From positions 54,684,001-54,748,000 of the forward strand of contig JAGIQG010000004.1 of NCBI GenBank assembly GCA_024679065.1: DNA of 64,000 nucleotides, given 5' to 3'. The position numbers and the translations under genes are program-made. Source of the DNA: Sphyrna mokarran. Taxonomy: Eukaryota. The notes below the pieces were generated by a model, which saw only the letters and a program-made list of their open reading frames with translations, did not search any database and had not been told where the DNA came from. Every line of letters starts with the position of its first letter. The stretch's first letter is position 1. This document shows positions 23,766-36,600 of this stretch, one piece after another.

Positions 23766-26700
23766 GTATTGGGATATTATCTACCCCTGTCTTATTAAAG
23801 AAATAAATATTTCATTGTTCCCGAGTTGATAGAATTAAACGCATTTTGTCCTTCAAAACCTCTTTTGCATTTCCATGCAGAAACATGTTCTAAAATCTCT
23901 CCTTTCGCGTTGAATACAGTTAATTAATATAAACCTTAAATATATTTTCTAACAGGTGCTCTAGGAGCTTCAATCAGTGTGTCTCAAAGTCCTGAACAGG
24001 TAACTATATTAAGGGGGGCAAATATCACCTTTTACTGCATAATCCCCCTTTCTCATGACAATGTGGATATCGAGGTACTTTGGTGGAAACAGGGCGAGAA
24101 TAAATATATGACAAAAGGAACCGATGACAGAAAACGATTCGATTTCAAAAGTAAAGGAGGTGGTTCATTTGAGCTGCGAAACTCCACTCTCCAAGACTCA
24201 GGGATCTATCACTGCGCAGTGATCCATCAGGGAAAAAATGTTGGAAATGGAACAGGATCAAATTTAGTTGTCTGTGGTAAGTGACTGAAATGACCAGAAC
24301 ATCAAGCACTTTGTTTTGCCATTGTTTTATTGTGCTGCCTTTGATGTTGTAAAGCTCTGTGCACAACTGCTAGTTACGCAGCGGAATGTGACGGTTGATT
24401 TGCTGTGTCCTTCCATACTGCTGGAAATACTCAGCAATTCAGGGCATGTCCGCAGAGAGGCAAAGTTAAAATCTCAGATCTATACATTATTTGAGTAAAA
24501 TGTTAAATGATTCACCTCAAAATGTAATTTTTACATTAGATTTCTTAGTCCGAGGTTGGTCCACGTAATTTTGATTCCCCAGCCAGAGGAAACGACCTCA
24601 TCAAATCTATCTGTCAAGCACATTCACAATCTTGAATGTTCCAATGACATCACTTCATTCTAACTTTTTCATTCTTCATCTGTATGAGTTTCCATAAATC
24701 TATATAACCTTGCTTTTATTACAAAGAACAAAGAACAAAACAGCACGGGAAACAGGCCCTTCGGCCCAACGAGCCCACGCCGCCACCCCGATGTTCCCAT
24801 CTCTACCCGCGATCCCTGTCCATGTTTATAGATCTATGGATTAAAAACCAAATTTCAGACAATTTAGGGAGAATTTGTTTTGCCAATTAGCCTAAGAGCA
24901 CATCTTTGGGATGTGGGAGGAAACCGGAGCACCCGGAGAAACCCACGCAAGCACGGGGAGAATGCGCAAACTCCCACAGACACAGGCCCAAATCCATGTA
25001 TCTGCACAGCACAGCGATAGTCACTGAGCTGTCGTGTTGCTTATCAAATGGTCCAGATCAAGCGTACACGAACAACGTGAAGCAGTAGGATACTCTCGAA
25101 AAAGATCCAAGAGCAGTTATCTCACGACCCATCGCGTGTATGCCCCTTGTTAGACAACAAGGTGGACCAAAACACCTGTAGGATAAGAACAAGTACATCA
25201 ATATCATCATCTATTTACACACTTCCCAGGGACTCCCAAGGCTCATGATCCCTATTTTAAAACAGTTTTCTATACCCCTCCATTCCCATTCTGTTCATGT
25301 GACCATCTAAGTATTTCTTAAATAACTCCAGAGTACCTGCCTCCACCACTTTACTTGGCAGCGCATTCCATACCCCCACCACCCTCTGTGTGAAAAAACT
25401 CCATCTAGCATCCAAATTATACCTTACCCCCCTCACTCTAAGCCCGTGACCCCTCGTGCTATTTGAGTCCATCCTAGGAAAAAGCTTAACCCTGTTTACT
25501 CTATCAATCCCCTTCAAAAATCTTGTACACCTCTATCAGATCTCCTCTAAGTCTACGTCTTTCTAAGGAAAACAGTCCCAATTTGCCTAATCTCTTCTCG
25601 TAACTCAGGCCTTCCATACCAGGCAGCATCCTGGTAAACCTCCTCTGCACTCTCTCCAGAGTCTCCACGTCCTTCCGGTAGTAAGGCGACCAGAACTGGA
25701 CGCAGTATTCCAAATGAGGTCTAACAAATGTTTTATACAACTGCAACATTAAAGGCCAGCTCTTGTACCCTATACCCCTTCCTATAAAGTCTGACATACT
25801 ATATGCTTTCTTCACAACCTTCTCCACTTGCTCTGCCACCTTCAGAGACTTGTTCACCTGTACCCCCAGGTCCCTCTGCGTTTCTATACTCTTAATAGGT
25901 CTACCCTTTATCATATACCTCCCCCCTACATTCTTTCTCCCGAAATGGTGTCGGGCAGATTGTTTTTCTCTTGCAGACGCTGTTATCTGATCTATTCGTA
26001 CCAGCATAAAGGGAAATGAATGAGGATATGATTCGACTCTCATTCCTTATTCTGAACTTTTCTCCACCAACCTGATTTTCCCTATGTTCTGTTCGCAGCT
26101 GCACCAACTCCGTTAATGATTTCCGCTAAGCATCCCGCAAGCAATTCAACTACGTTCCTGAATTTTGTGTGTCAGACGGCTGGGTTTTATCCGGGTGATT
26201 TGACTCTTCTTTGGTATAAAAATGGCATCAACATTGCAACGGTAGGAAATCCGATCAAACAGCAGAACGCAGAAGGACTGTATGAAGTTTCCAGCTCTTT
26301 TGAAGAGACGCAGTCTGTGAAGAAAGAAACTGTTTACATGTGTTTGGTAACTCACATCTCTCTCCGAACTCCCGCCATTGCCGTTCACACAGTTAACAAC
26401 TCCTGCCCAGGTATGAAGTCAAAAGGCCAGGAAATGTAGTTAGCAGTTTTTAAAAATCAGAAAAGGATATTTCTTAGAGATTATTGACATCACTAATCAT
26501 GAAAATAGTTTTAAAATAAAATACCGGTAAATCTAAAATCAAAGAGAAAATTGAAAAGTCTATGTAAAATGTTATTGGCCCATCCCTTTTGTCAAAACGA
26601 AATAACATCATTGTTATCGTTCTGAGTATTGAAGTTCGGCAGGTTTTAAGTTTTTAAAAAGAAAAAGTTGCAGGCGAGGTACATCTTCCGTCCATTTATT

Positions 26701-29700
26701 TTATATATCATGCTTATTATTAAACACTCGCACTTGGCCATTTCTCATCCTGATTTATATTTTCCATTATCAGAGTTCCTCACACGAGCTACAGAACCAG
26801 AAGTAACAGTTTGTTTGGTGCGCCCAACTGTGAAGGGGTCAGAAGTTAGTACTCTGTGCAGGCAGCAATGCCTCTCCATGATCTAGTGGTTAGGAGTGAA
26901 AACGCTGATTTATAATATTTCATTTCGCTTGCAGCCCAGATCTGCAGTATAACTGACTGCGATTCATCTGTTTATTAATTAGTAAGTTCACTTATTAACA
27001 AATAATCTCCCTCCTTACTGCTTCTTAATTCAGACAATTCAAAAGATTGAATTTGCATATTAAGAGACTCAATATTGTCTATATTTCTCTTAGTGACGAG
27101 TTTCGTTTTATTGAATTACTAACGTTTAATTAAATAAGAAAAATAAAGTCAATTGCAAGAACAAGTCTATTGATCCATCGAAATGTACTCGAAGGGAATT
27201 GTAACTCTAAAATACGAAGTTTAGAGTGTCCCAAACTGGTACTCCTGCTCGCAAGTCATTCTGGTGTTGTGAAAAGAAATTAATTCGACATCAATCCAGT
27301 ATAGTAAATTTCGAATACTTTGAAATAAAGTTTTAACGTTTATTTATTAATCACAAGTAAGGCTTACATTAATACAGCAATGAAGTTACAGTGAAACTCG
27401 CCTAGTCGTCACAGTCCGGCGCCTGTTCGGTTCAATACACCTAACCAGCACGTCTTTCAGGCTGTGGGACGAAACCGGAGCACCCGAGGAAACCCACGCA
27501 GACATGGGAAGAACGTGCAAACTGCACACAGACAGTGACCCAAGTCTGAAATCGAACCCGGGTCCCTGGCGCTGTAAAGCTGCAGCGCTACCGCGCCGCC
27601 TCCATGATCTGCTCTGGACTTGTCACCCAGTTGCAGAAAACATGAGCACTAGTTTAACCAACAAATTAGATAAAAGCAAACTACTGGATGCTGGAATCTG
27701 AAACAAAAACGGCAAATGGTGGGAAACCTCAGCCGGTCTGACAGCATCTATGGTGAGAGAATATTAATTCGAGATTTCTTTTTAGGTAGCGACCGAAATG
27801 AACTGGAACTCAACATGATTTTAATTTTGCAGAGTCTGATGACAAATATTACATTTGGATTTCTGGATGTACGGCTGGTGGATTGGTTTTTCTGATATTC
27901 ATGTTCATAATTGGGAAGACGGTCTGTCTGAAGAAGGCAGGTAGGTGCTACATTACGCATTCGATTTTAATGCAAATCTTCATGAACGGAAAGATCATGC
28001 TTGGCGCCACTGTAAGCACAAGGATTACGCAATTGTCACTTACTGGATGCAAGAGAAATCGTGAGCGTCAATTGTGGGTGATTTTATAACATAGTAATTG
28101 TCTCAAAATTAGAATTTAATTAACCTGATTACTTGTACATTATATTCGTAAAGTTACATTCTGGCAGATGGTAAATCAGATGGAGAATGTTTACAATTCA
28201 CTTAAAAATGTGAAAATCTGGCATCAGCAGAATTCAATTAATCTGAAGAGTGGCAAAAAATGCCAAGTAACTGATTAATGTCCTTTAGAGACGGAGACAG
28301 ATTCAATGCGGTCTGACCTATATGTGACTCCAGTCCGACAGAAGTATGCTTAGTTTTTTAATAACTTCTGAGGTGGTCACGCAAGTCATTTAGTTGTACC
28401 TAGTTAATAACAGCCAGAGGGGGACACTAAGGATGCCTGTCTGCGGCACCGACGTCTTGAGAATGAAGTAAGATCGCAGTTTGACATTTTCTACACGTTA
28501 AATATTCTTACATTTTTCCATAAACAATAAGATCGAGCCGTCGCTTTGCAGGCTAAAGGATCAAATTTATCCCGGCTACGACAATGAATAATCACTCGGT
28601 GTCTCTATTAACGAACGCTTGGGTTTTATTATTAATTACCAAAACTGTGTTCCGTTATGCCATGGTCTAGAGCACCCCAGAGATCGACCGTTCGCACGTG
28701 TGCCGTGGTCTCTTTTCCATGTAGTTTCACATCCAGTATTAAACCATTGTTAATCTGCATTAAATGGACATTTTATGTGCCCTGCCAACTAAGTACTTGG
28801 TCGCTCTCAGTTTCACCCTTACCAATGTTCATAGAATCCAGGGATTCTTTTTTCCAGTCCGCTGTAGCCTGCGTCCGTGTGTGTTTCTGAGCGTGTTACT
28901 ATGAGTGTCTGTATTTGTGTAATTATGTGCATGCGTGTTTCTCCAAGTGTGTGTTAAAACTTTATGTAGCCCCTAAAAACACTTTTGGAGGCACAAATAT
29001 GGAAAGTGATGAGGGATCGTAAGCATTGAAAGAAATTAATCGGTTTATTTTCCAGGTAAACAAGAACGTGCGGCAATAGTGAACACTGGTGACGAGCTGG
29101 TGGGTTGATTTTTATATAAATGTTGTTATAATGAAGATAATTCATCACGGTCTATTTAACTATCGGCATTTATCTCTAATTGATGCTTTATTGATATCGT
29201 GTTTTGAAAATCATTTGATGATTACTAGGATGCTGTTGAAAGTTGTTAAAGGAAGAAATAAATGAAGGGGAAAATGAGGGCAATACAGTAGTTAGCACTG
29301 TTGCCTCATAGCTCCAGGAACCGAGTTCATCCCCAGCCTTAGGCAATTACCTACATGGAGTTTGCACGTTCTCTTCGTGCCTGCTTAGTTTCCTCCCACG
29401 GTCCAAAAATATGCAGATTAGGTAGGTCGGTCACGCTACCTTGCCCCTTAGTGTCCAAAGGTATGCAGTTTAGGTGGATTGACTTTGCTAAATTGCCACT
29501 TAATGTCAAAAGGTATGTAAATTTCATGGATTAGCCATGACAAATGTGTGGATTAAGGGGTAGGGTGGGGGAGAAACGGAGTCAGATACTCAGAGAGTTT
29601 TGGTGCACATTTTTCTGCACTGTATGGATTCTGTGAATTTGATAGTTTCATTAACATACAGTGCTGTAATCGTCATATGTCTGACCATCTAAAGGTTGTT

Positions 29701-30351
29701 TTTTGGGAGCTAAGATTGCCGTTTAAAATGCTGAAATTGTATCTTGTCTAAACGCATCAGTAAGCGAAAATCAGCAGGATGAAATGTAACCAAAGGAGAA
29801 AATGCTGGAAAATCTCAGCAGATCTAGCAGCATCTGTAAGTAGAGAAAAGAGTTGACAATTCAAGTCCAGACAATCCGTTGTCAAAGCTCTGGACTAGAA
29901 ACATCAGCTCTTTTCTCTCTTTACTGATGTTGCCAGACCTGCTAAAGTTTTCCAGCATTTCCTCTTCCAGTTTCAGATTACGCAGTAATTTGCTTTCATA
30001 GGATGAAATGCAAGTTCCAATTGACACTTTATTTACCGACACATCTTTAAATATAGTCACGATCAGTTCTTCATTTAATACGTAGGCCATATCCCATTTA
30101 TATTCAGTGTTTAATCAAGAATTTTTATTCCGGTGGCCCCCATTAACTTACCAAATAACGAAACGATTTCGTTTTGTCACACGCAGACAGCTCAGCACAA
30201 CGTTGTGACATATGCTGCAATGGATTTGAATAAATCCACTAAAACTCCAAGACGTAAAGCTGAAGAGGAGATGACAGCGTACGCTGAGGTGCGTCTGAGA
30301 AGTAGAGAAGGGACAGTATCGAACACCTGCGAAATGCTAACAGTAATGTAA
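23705..30351 (+). CDS. Gene B: VJ-C1-TM IgSF receptor with ITIM-like + ITSM tail, predicted inhibitory, 336 aa
   Basis: Exons 23705-23765, 23956-24276, 26099-26410, 27833-27940, 29056-29099 (44 bp, phase 1 to 0), 30187-30351. Total 1011 nt in one open frame with GT-AG introns. Confidence 0.85.
23956..24276 (+). CDS. Gene B exon 2, V-set Ig domain with J-like end
   Basis: SVSQSP..ITFYC..WWK..QDSGIYHC..NGTGSNLVV; acceptor tttctaacag, donor G|gtaagt. Confidence 0.94.
24721..25947 (-). mobile_element. CR1 family A 3' fragment in gene B intron 2 (V-C1)
   Basis: ORFs 25257-25517 and 25504-25945 give the ORF2 C-terminus; family A UTR and tail present; ends ~150 bp before the C1 acceptor. Confidence 0.92.
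26099..26410 (+). CDS. Gene B exon 3, canonical C1-set Ig domain
   Basis: FVCQTAGFYPGDLTLLWYKNG..GLYEVSSS..YMCLVTHISL; both canonical Cys present; donor G|gtatga. Confidence 0.94.
27325..27600 (-). mobile_element. V-SINE (same subfamily as 1630-1945) in gene B intron 3
   Basis: gaaaccggagcacccgaggaaacccacgcagac V-domain and tcgaacccggg B box on the reverse strand. Confidence 0.8.
27833..27940 (+). CDS. Gene B exon 4, transmembrane segment (uncharged)
   Basis: ESDDKYYIWISGCTAGGLVFLIFMFIIGKTVCLKKA; acceptor ttaattttgcag, donor G|gtaggt. Confidence 0.87.
28160..28480 (+). mobile_element. SacSINE1/DeuSINE-like relic
   Basis: taatgtcctttag..ggtctgacctatatgtgactccag core, recognised from memory of the family; similar to 44580-44750 and 47440-47580. 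Confidence 0.55.
29056..29099 (+). CDS. Gene B exon 5, 44-bp cytoplasmic spacer (GKQERAAIVNTGDEL)
   Basis: Acceptor ttattttccag, donor gtgggt. Same length and phases (1 to 0) as the gene C spacer exon, and it restores frame to the ITIM exon. Confidence 0.7.
29278..29635 (+). mobile_element. HE1-type V-SINE
   Basis: gttagcactgttgcctca head, ggagtttgcacgttctc V-domain, internal tandem ttgccccttagtgtcc repeats. Confidence 0.8.
29798..29996. repeat. Palindromic ~200-bp element (long inverted arms), probably Penelope-derived
   Basis: gaaaatgctggaaaatctcagcagatctagcagcatc..agagaaaagagttgac is mirrored by atcagctcttttctct..gatgttgccagacctgctaaagttttccagcattt. Confidence 0.75.
30187..30351 (+). CDS. 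Gene B exon 6, tyrosine-motif exon (VTYAAM, TAYAEV)
   Basis: Acceptor ttgtcacacgcag, phase 0; two Tyr motifs 23 aa apart; stop TAA at 30349-30351. Confidence 0.85.
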   Translation, partial: TAQHNVVTYAAMDLNKSTKTPRRKAEEEMTAYAEVRLRSREGTVSNTCEMLTVM

Positions 30352-30477
30352 TAGCGGAGTACTTGACGTTGCTGTGTCGCATCGAATGGCGTTTATACAT
30401 TTTCTTGATAAACCTGACTTCAACTGCAAATTGGTAAAAATGAGCAATCAATGATCCCTTTAAACATTTTATTTCAG

Positions 30478-30600
30478 ATAAAACAGGGGACAACCCGAAC
30501 AAGATAACACATGCGGCTCTAGAATTGTCTGAATTTGAGACAGGGAGATTATTAGAAGCAACTGAAGAAGCGAACAATATTCCGAACCATAGACGAAAAC
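30478..30600 (+). pseudogene. Decayed duplicate ITIM/ITSM exon downstream of gene B
   Basis: Acceptor ttttatttcag; ITHAALEL is an ITIM with Tyr to His; TAT-TCC-GAA (YSE) lies 68 nt later (69 expected); two -1 shifts relative to the gene C last exon. Confidence 0.6.
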
Positions 30601-33600
30601 CCAAAGAGTGCAATAAAGGAGATATAGAGGGAAGCAGCAATCAAATGGAGTCACTACTTTGGGCGCAGAAGTCAGTTATTTTTGTATATCTGTGTCGCAT
30701 CTACATTAATTTCAGTAAAAATGAAAGCTGGCGGGTTGGAAAAGAGCAGGTGCTCCAATGTGACAGTTTACTGGCTCAGCAGCGAAAGTATAAATTATTT
30801 CTATGCGTATATATGTCAGCATTTATAATCACTGATATGTAAGATCGTAGTATATAAAAACTATTTGGGTCTTTAATTATTTGGAGATTATTAGTCAGCA
30901 ACATAAATGCATGTAATGAGTGAATTCTGTATGATTGATATTTAGCTATTGTACACTTTTGCAATTACAAGGTACGCCAGTTATCATGCTGTAACTATCT
31001 TATTATAATATACAACAATGGATTTCTTAAATCTACTTACATATGTTTCTGTATCCTTCCTTCAAAAGGATGTTCACGTCGCAAAAAACAACTGCAGTCT
31101 AATAACGTCAACTGCAACATTATCTCACCAGCTTTTTAATTTAAGCCTTGAATGGTTCTATTTGTATGGTAGCATCTTTAAATACTTATGCAGTCACATA
31201 GCAAGGTACGTGCTCCCTTGCCCGACTTCAAATCTAACTATTTAAAGCTCTTCGGTTTCTCCACTAATCATGAGCATCTTCAAACCTTTCTTACTTTTTA
31301 TATTTACATTTTTTTATTATTTTATACATGGGCTTAACTGACAATGACTATTAGTATTCCACATTCACCATACTCTCCTACCGATTATATAATAGCTTCA
31401 AAATTGGATGCTAATCCCTGAACTCTGATGAACCGATGACTTACGTGTCTCATAAAGCAGAGCAGCACCAAATCAGGCTGTGCAATATCCGTCATTAAAT
31501 ATTTAAATTCTAGAAGCTTGCTTTTATAATTGTGCCTTGTTTTCCATCTGGCAGTACTTGTGACTAGATTCAACTTACTTCTACTTCTGCCCTCTTTCAT
31601 GATTTCTTATCAAACTAAAACCCCTGAAAGTCACATCCATTAATTTCCTTTTTAACCTTTGTGATTTCTCAAAGAATTACCTAAGAGATTCCAAGCACAG
31701 TCTGCTTGTAAAAAAATGGGTGCTCATCGGGTCTTGCTGAACTTGTGTTTCTATAAAGGTCTGGCAAATTTTCTCAATTGATAAAGTGTCGATTACATGT
31801 AAGTAAGTGTTCAAGAACTGTGTTCCTACGATTGTGTTTCAAATTATTATCGCATTAGGCTTTTTCGTGCAACAACAGCACATGCTTCAGCAGCCTTTCC
31901 ATAACTAAATGGTGAAACGAGCGCGCGAGCGGTGAAAAAGTTAACGCGTGGAAATGGTCAGCTAAATGTTCCGCCTTGTGCTGTTGCTATATCGACAAAC
32001 ATTGCGAAACATTAACACAGGCGTGCTGATTTCTAATGCTAGATTTGACTCTACAGCTCATTTCCGGTGCAGCAGTGCAAACTTTAAATTTAGCTGTTAA
32101 GTACAGCATTCTAAAAATATAAACATGTTGCGAAGCGGCGGTTATTGCACCTCAATTTTCAGTATAGTTGCAGAAACAGAAAACGTTTACATGACATGGA
32201 CACTCTATTTGATATTTACCATTGTAAACTTTCCTAATTCATTATGAATTTGAATCTATCATTGCGCCACATTAAGGCGGCAAAATTGTTCCTATCATTT
32301 TCAACTTCCAATTTACGTATTGTAGCGTATCGACCCCTGCGCCAGAAATTTCTGCTTTGAGCCCCACAGTGGAACTTGTTGGCCCAGAAGAATGCATTGA
32401 TAACGTGGCTAAGCAGGATGATCGTTAACCTGAACATCCCGCCTACGGTAGAACGTAAGAACGGGAGTGTTTCCTTGTCAGCTAGAACAGCGTTGCAGCT
32501 GCTGCGTAACAGCCTCCTCACGCTAAATACAGCCAAACGCAGGTTCCGAACACAGTCCGAGAGTTGCGTGTTCTAGGCTTTGAGGGCCTACCAAAGACAG
32601 GAATTATGCAATGTGTGCATTGGCCGAAGTACGATTTCGGGCCGTTTATTTATCTTCACAGATAATTTAACATGCCAAGTCTGCCCTGTGGAATGGAATG
32701 GTCTGCAATGCTATAAGAACTGATCACATGGCATCCAGCTTTTAAGTTGTGTTAAAGTGATGCAATTTTTATTTAATCGTCTTTTGACTGACAATATTTG
32801 AAGAGGAAAGCTGCTAATTACTGTAGTCCGAATGTCATAGAATATAATGTCTTATAGGACATCTTGCTGCTCTGTTTCATCTGCATTGTGATCATTTTTT
32901 GCTTCTTGCTAAACGTAGTATATGGGCTCGAAAAATTGCGGTTAGACTTTCCGAATACATTGCACGCTGCTACACGGTTGCAAATCAAGGCAGTGGAATA
33001 TTTAGATTTAATAACAGAACTCGATTAATGCCCAAAATGCATGCGCGACTACCTACGCGCGGACACGCAGACACGTAACTCCAATTCACAGTCTTTGTGC
33101 ATATCCATTTAAAAATATTTAATCTGCATCATTAAAGTACATACATTATTTAAAGAGTCAACTTAACAATATAAAACGCCAGCGTCTTGAGAGACTCAGA
33201 AGTGACAAAATTCATTCCTTAGCTGCTTATATCTTAACCGATCAAACTCGGTTTACCTTTTCACCAATCACTATCCCTATATGCATGATGTCGTGGATAT
33301 GTCGCTTCATACATTTTATACCGTAGTTTGAGAGTGAGAAGAGTTGATTCTCAGATACACCCAATACATGATTTCTCGATACAAGAAGCAGGGCATCGTA
33401 TAAATAGCCACACATCTCACTGACAGCGTAATAAGAGCTGATGAAAGTCACCTAAATGTAAGATAGGTAGCATGATATTTACAGGATATGAACGTTGTAA
33501 ACAGTGGAAGCATGGACTACATTCGGTTTAGCCGAAAGTCGATGACACTTGCAGTCGAGATACAGCGATGCTTCTTGCCGCAAGAAATTATTTCCCTCCA

Positions 33601-36600
33601 ATCTATGGAGGCAGAACAAAGCTGCATGTATATTTAGCTTGAAATCACTGACAGTTAGATAGAAGGAGATGCACATATTCATTCGTCTACCGTCAAGCAC
33701 ATCGCAGCAATTGTGGGATTTTCAAAGAGAACTCAGTTTTAATCTTATTTCTGACGTATCCAGGAACACATTCTTTTGACACAAACACGCCCTGATGATT
33801 ACTTGAGCAATTTCTTTCTCTTTGGTTATTAAGTGTTTTGCCATTTGAGGTTTTTATTATCTAAAATACAAGAACTCTGTTTGATGTGGCTATCAATTAT
33901 CTCGAATTGTCTTCAGAAGGAACACCGATCGTTCAAATATCTTTGAATGTTCGCTAGTGGCTCGGTGAACAACGAGTCCCCGAAAGCAGTGCTGAACCAT
34001 GCAGCACATGGGATTCCTAATGTCCGTTGACATAATGTTTATGTACTGGAATTCTACAGTTCATCTCAGGAGTTGTGAGCTTAATTTGGAATTCGTGGAC
34101 GGAGATGAGTTGGTTTTGTGGTAGATTTTGTAGCCTAATTATGCACCAATGGACTGGGGAGAGCAAAATAGCTAAAACTCCCACCTTAAGTGACTGTTAG
34201 TGTTGCACCTAAAATAAAATAAGTAATTGGACAAGCATACGTTAGCATTGCAAGGCAAAGTTTCGATATGAAGCGATCGTTAGATTTTAGATTATTTCCT
34301 CCTTTTAGTTTTTCTCCTTTCTCCCTCTTTCGTCTTGGGTCTCCAACTGCGCAAACGGATTCACATTGACAGAGTTTTTGTTTATAGCAAATTTAAGAAA
34401 TCAAATCCAGAATATTAACAAAATGGTATCGATGCACTCCCGCATTACCTGGTTTTTGACAGTTGATGCGAAGTATGGACAATATTAATGCTACTGTACA
34501 CAATGAGGATGTCTAAGAAGACGGAACTTCCGCTTGTCAAGCTTCCTGAACACTCGAAATGTTTGTTTGTTGGAAGCGCTTTTTGCCCAACTAGGTATTG
34601 TCGCCAAACCCAGTTCACTCTTTAACCCTGATTGTTACCAAGCGTGAAGGACGCGATATGAATGAAGTTCTGTCCGGCCTACCTGACATAACCTTAAGAC
34701 GTGGAACTGAAGCCCAAATGCTTTTTAGAATAAAGTTGGTCAAATTACAGTACATGTTTTCTCCGGTCATTTTGAATGGCTTAAGCTATGCAGCTGGGAT
34801 AATGCGAAGGTGCAGATAAATCTAAGCCATTTGAACATATAGCTTTATTTAGAAAATCATTTGGCGCATCTTCATCTACCAACTAGAAACCAACGATTCC
34901 CCTATTACAACATTTAATTATCTCTTCAATTATTTCAGAGTGCTGTCTTCGCTTTGGTACTTCAAGTCCTCTTCTATCATGGACCAGACCTGTGTGCCTT
35001 AATGCTTTTCATTCTTTTGCCTTTGGCATCTAGAAGGTACTGCAAGGTAATACAGGCTGGTGATTATTTTTTTCTACAAGTGCTACCTGTTAGCCAGGAA
35101 AATCTAGATTATTGATTTAAGGTTGTTGCAGTGCCTCCAAGTCAATTTGATGTGATATTTATAGAAGACATTGGAGGTGATTACATTCTTTTGACGTTGC
35201 TGTTCTCATTCTGTTCAGTGGCGGGGATGGTACTGCTGTGACGTGATGTCCAATAACATCGCTCTTAGAAAATTTCTAAAATAGTTGCGTCCGCAGCCGG
35301 ATGCTGCTCTGAACTTTCATCACAGTGCGTGCTGCACATCGGCTGGTGCAACCAATAACTGCAATACATTTAATAAATCAACCTGAAATTTCACTTCCGT
35401 CTATATGCCCTCGTTTAAAATAAATATCCGAAACTTCATAATGTGCGATTGTGAGCTATATGAATACTGCATATGTTAAATTACTTTGTTAATAATACTG
35501 TGAATTCGAGTGAGGTAGTCAGATTTCACAACATGATACTGCATGACACAATGATAATAATGAACTCCTAAGCCGCAATCTTTCTAGAATCATACAGGCA
35601 TGGCTATTATTAAACAGCAGATGATTATTCAGTGTTCCTATTGTAACAATGCTATTTGACGTTCTTATGGAATGGTTTCAGGAAGTACATTGGTGGCAAC
35701 GATTTACATTGATGACAACTAATGCTATAATTAGTAATAACATTGCACTCCTGAAAATTATTTATGCACCCGCAACTCTGAAGTACCTGTTAAGTTTATG
35801 AACATACCCACAGATGTTCAGAGATTGCACCGTCTCAGATACAGGTGGGCATAACAACAGCCCGGTTGTTCGGTGCTGTGGGGTAAATGAAGTCTTAACT
35901 ATAAACAGTACAAACTCATGACACTGAAATCTCTGTATAAAGACATAACATTTCTTCAAAACAAAAACAAGTAGCTATAAGGAGATCGCAAAAAAGGGTT
36001 AAGTAGCTCTGAGATACAACCTCTCTGGTGAATCAAACGTATACAATAAAGAACAGGTCAATTATAGATTTTCTTATCAATAATTACAGCCTTATATTAG
36101 TTTGAAATCAATTATATTTATCATACACTCATCAATAATAATCCCTCACATTCACCTCAACTAGTTGCATTTTATCATCCAGCATAATGATATAGCATGC
36201 ATCCATGTAATTCGGACATTAACTCCTATCTTGGCTAAAGTCGCTTCCTTTTTGCCTGGTTACCCTACACGCTACTATAGAGATCATAGTCGACATTCCC
36301 ACCGAATCATTACCAAACTGAATAAGTATGTGAGTCCGTGTCTGGGCACGTCCCCATCCTAAGTCTAGGCCAAAATAATTCATTGATGTTGCAATATGTG
36401 TTCCCGCATCAGAAACTTTCCTGATATGTGCTTTGCTAACTACGGATTCCCGGACCTTTGACTCTGAACTATTCGCCTTTACATCATCCCTTGCAGTAAC
36501 CTGCTTTCGCGTGAAATTAATAATTTCTTTTACAACACTTTAAATATATTAAAATATCAATATACATGTTTTAAAATATAATTACTTTTTAACTCACTTA

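Noticed and set aside
24721-24740. (AGAACAA)n and (AGAACAT)n arrays as CRISPR or regulatory repeats
   Set aside because: These are CR1 3'-terminal microsatellite tails in a vertebrate genome, with no spacers.
28168-28205. Alternative short terminal exon for gene B (DGKSDGECLQFT*)
   Set aside because: Weak pyrimidine tract, and it lies inside a SacSINE1-like relic. The 44-bp exon at 29056 fits the paralog better.
28970-29018. Candidate small cytoplasmic exon (tttatgtag..gtaagc)
   Set aside because: It ends in phase 2, incompatible with the downstream phase-0 or phase-1 acceptors, and has no counterpart in gene C.
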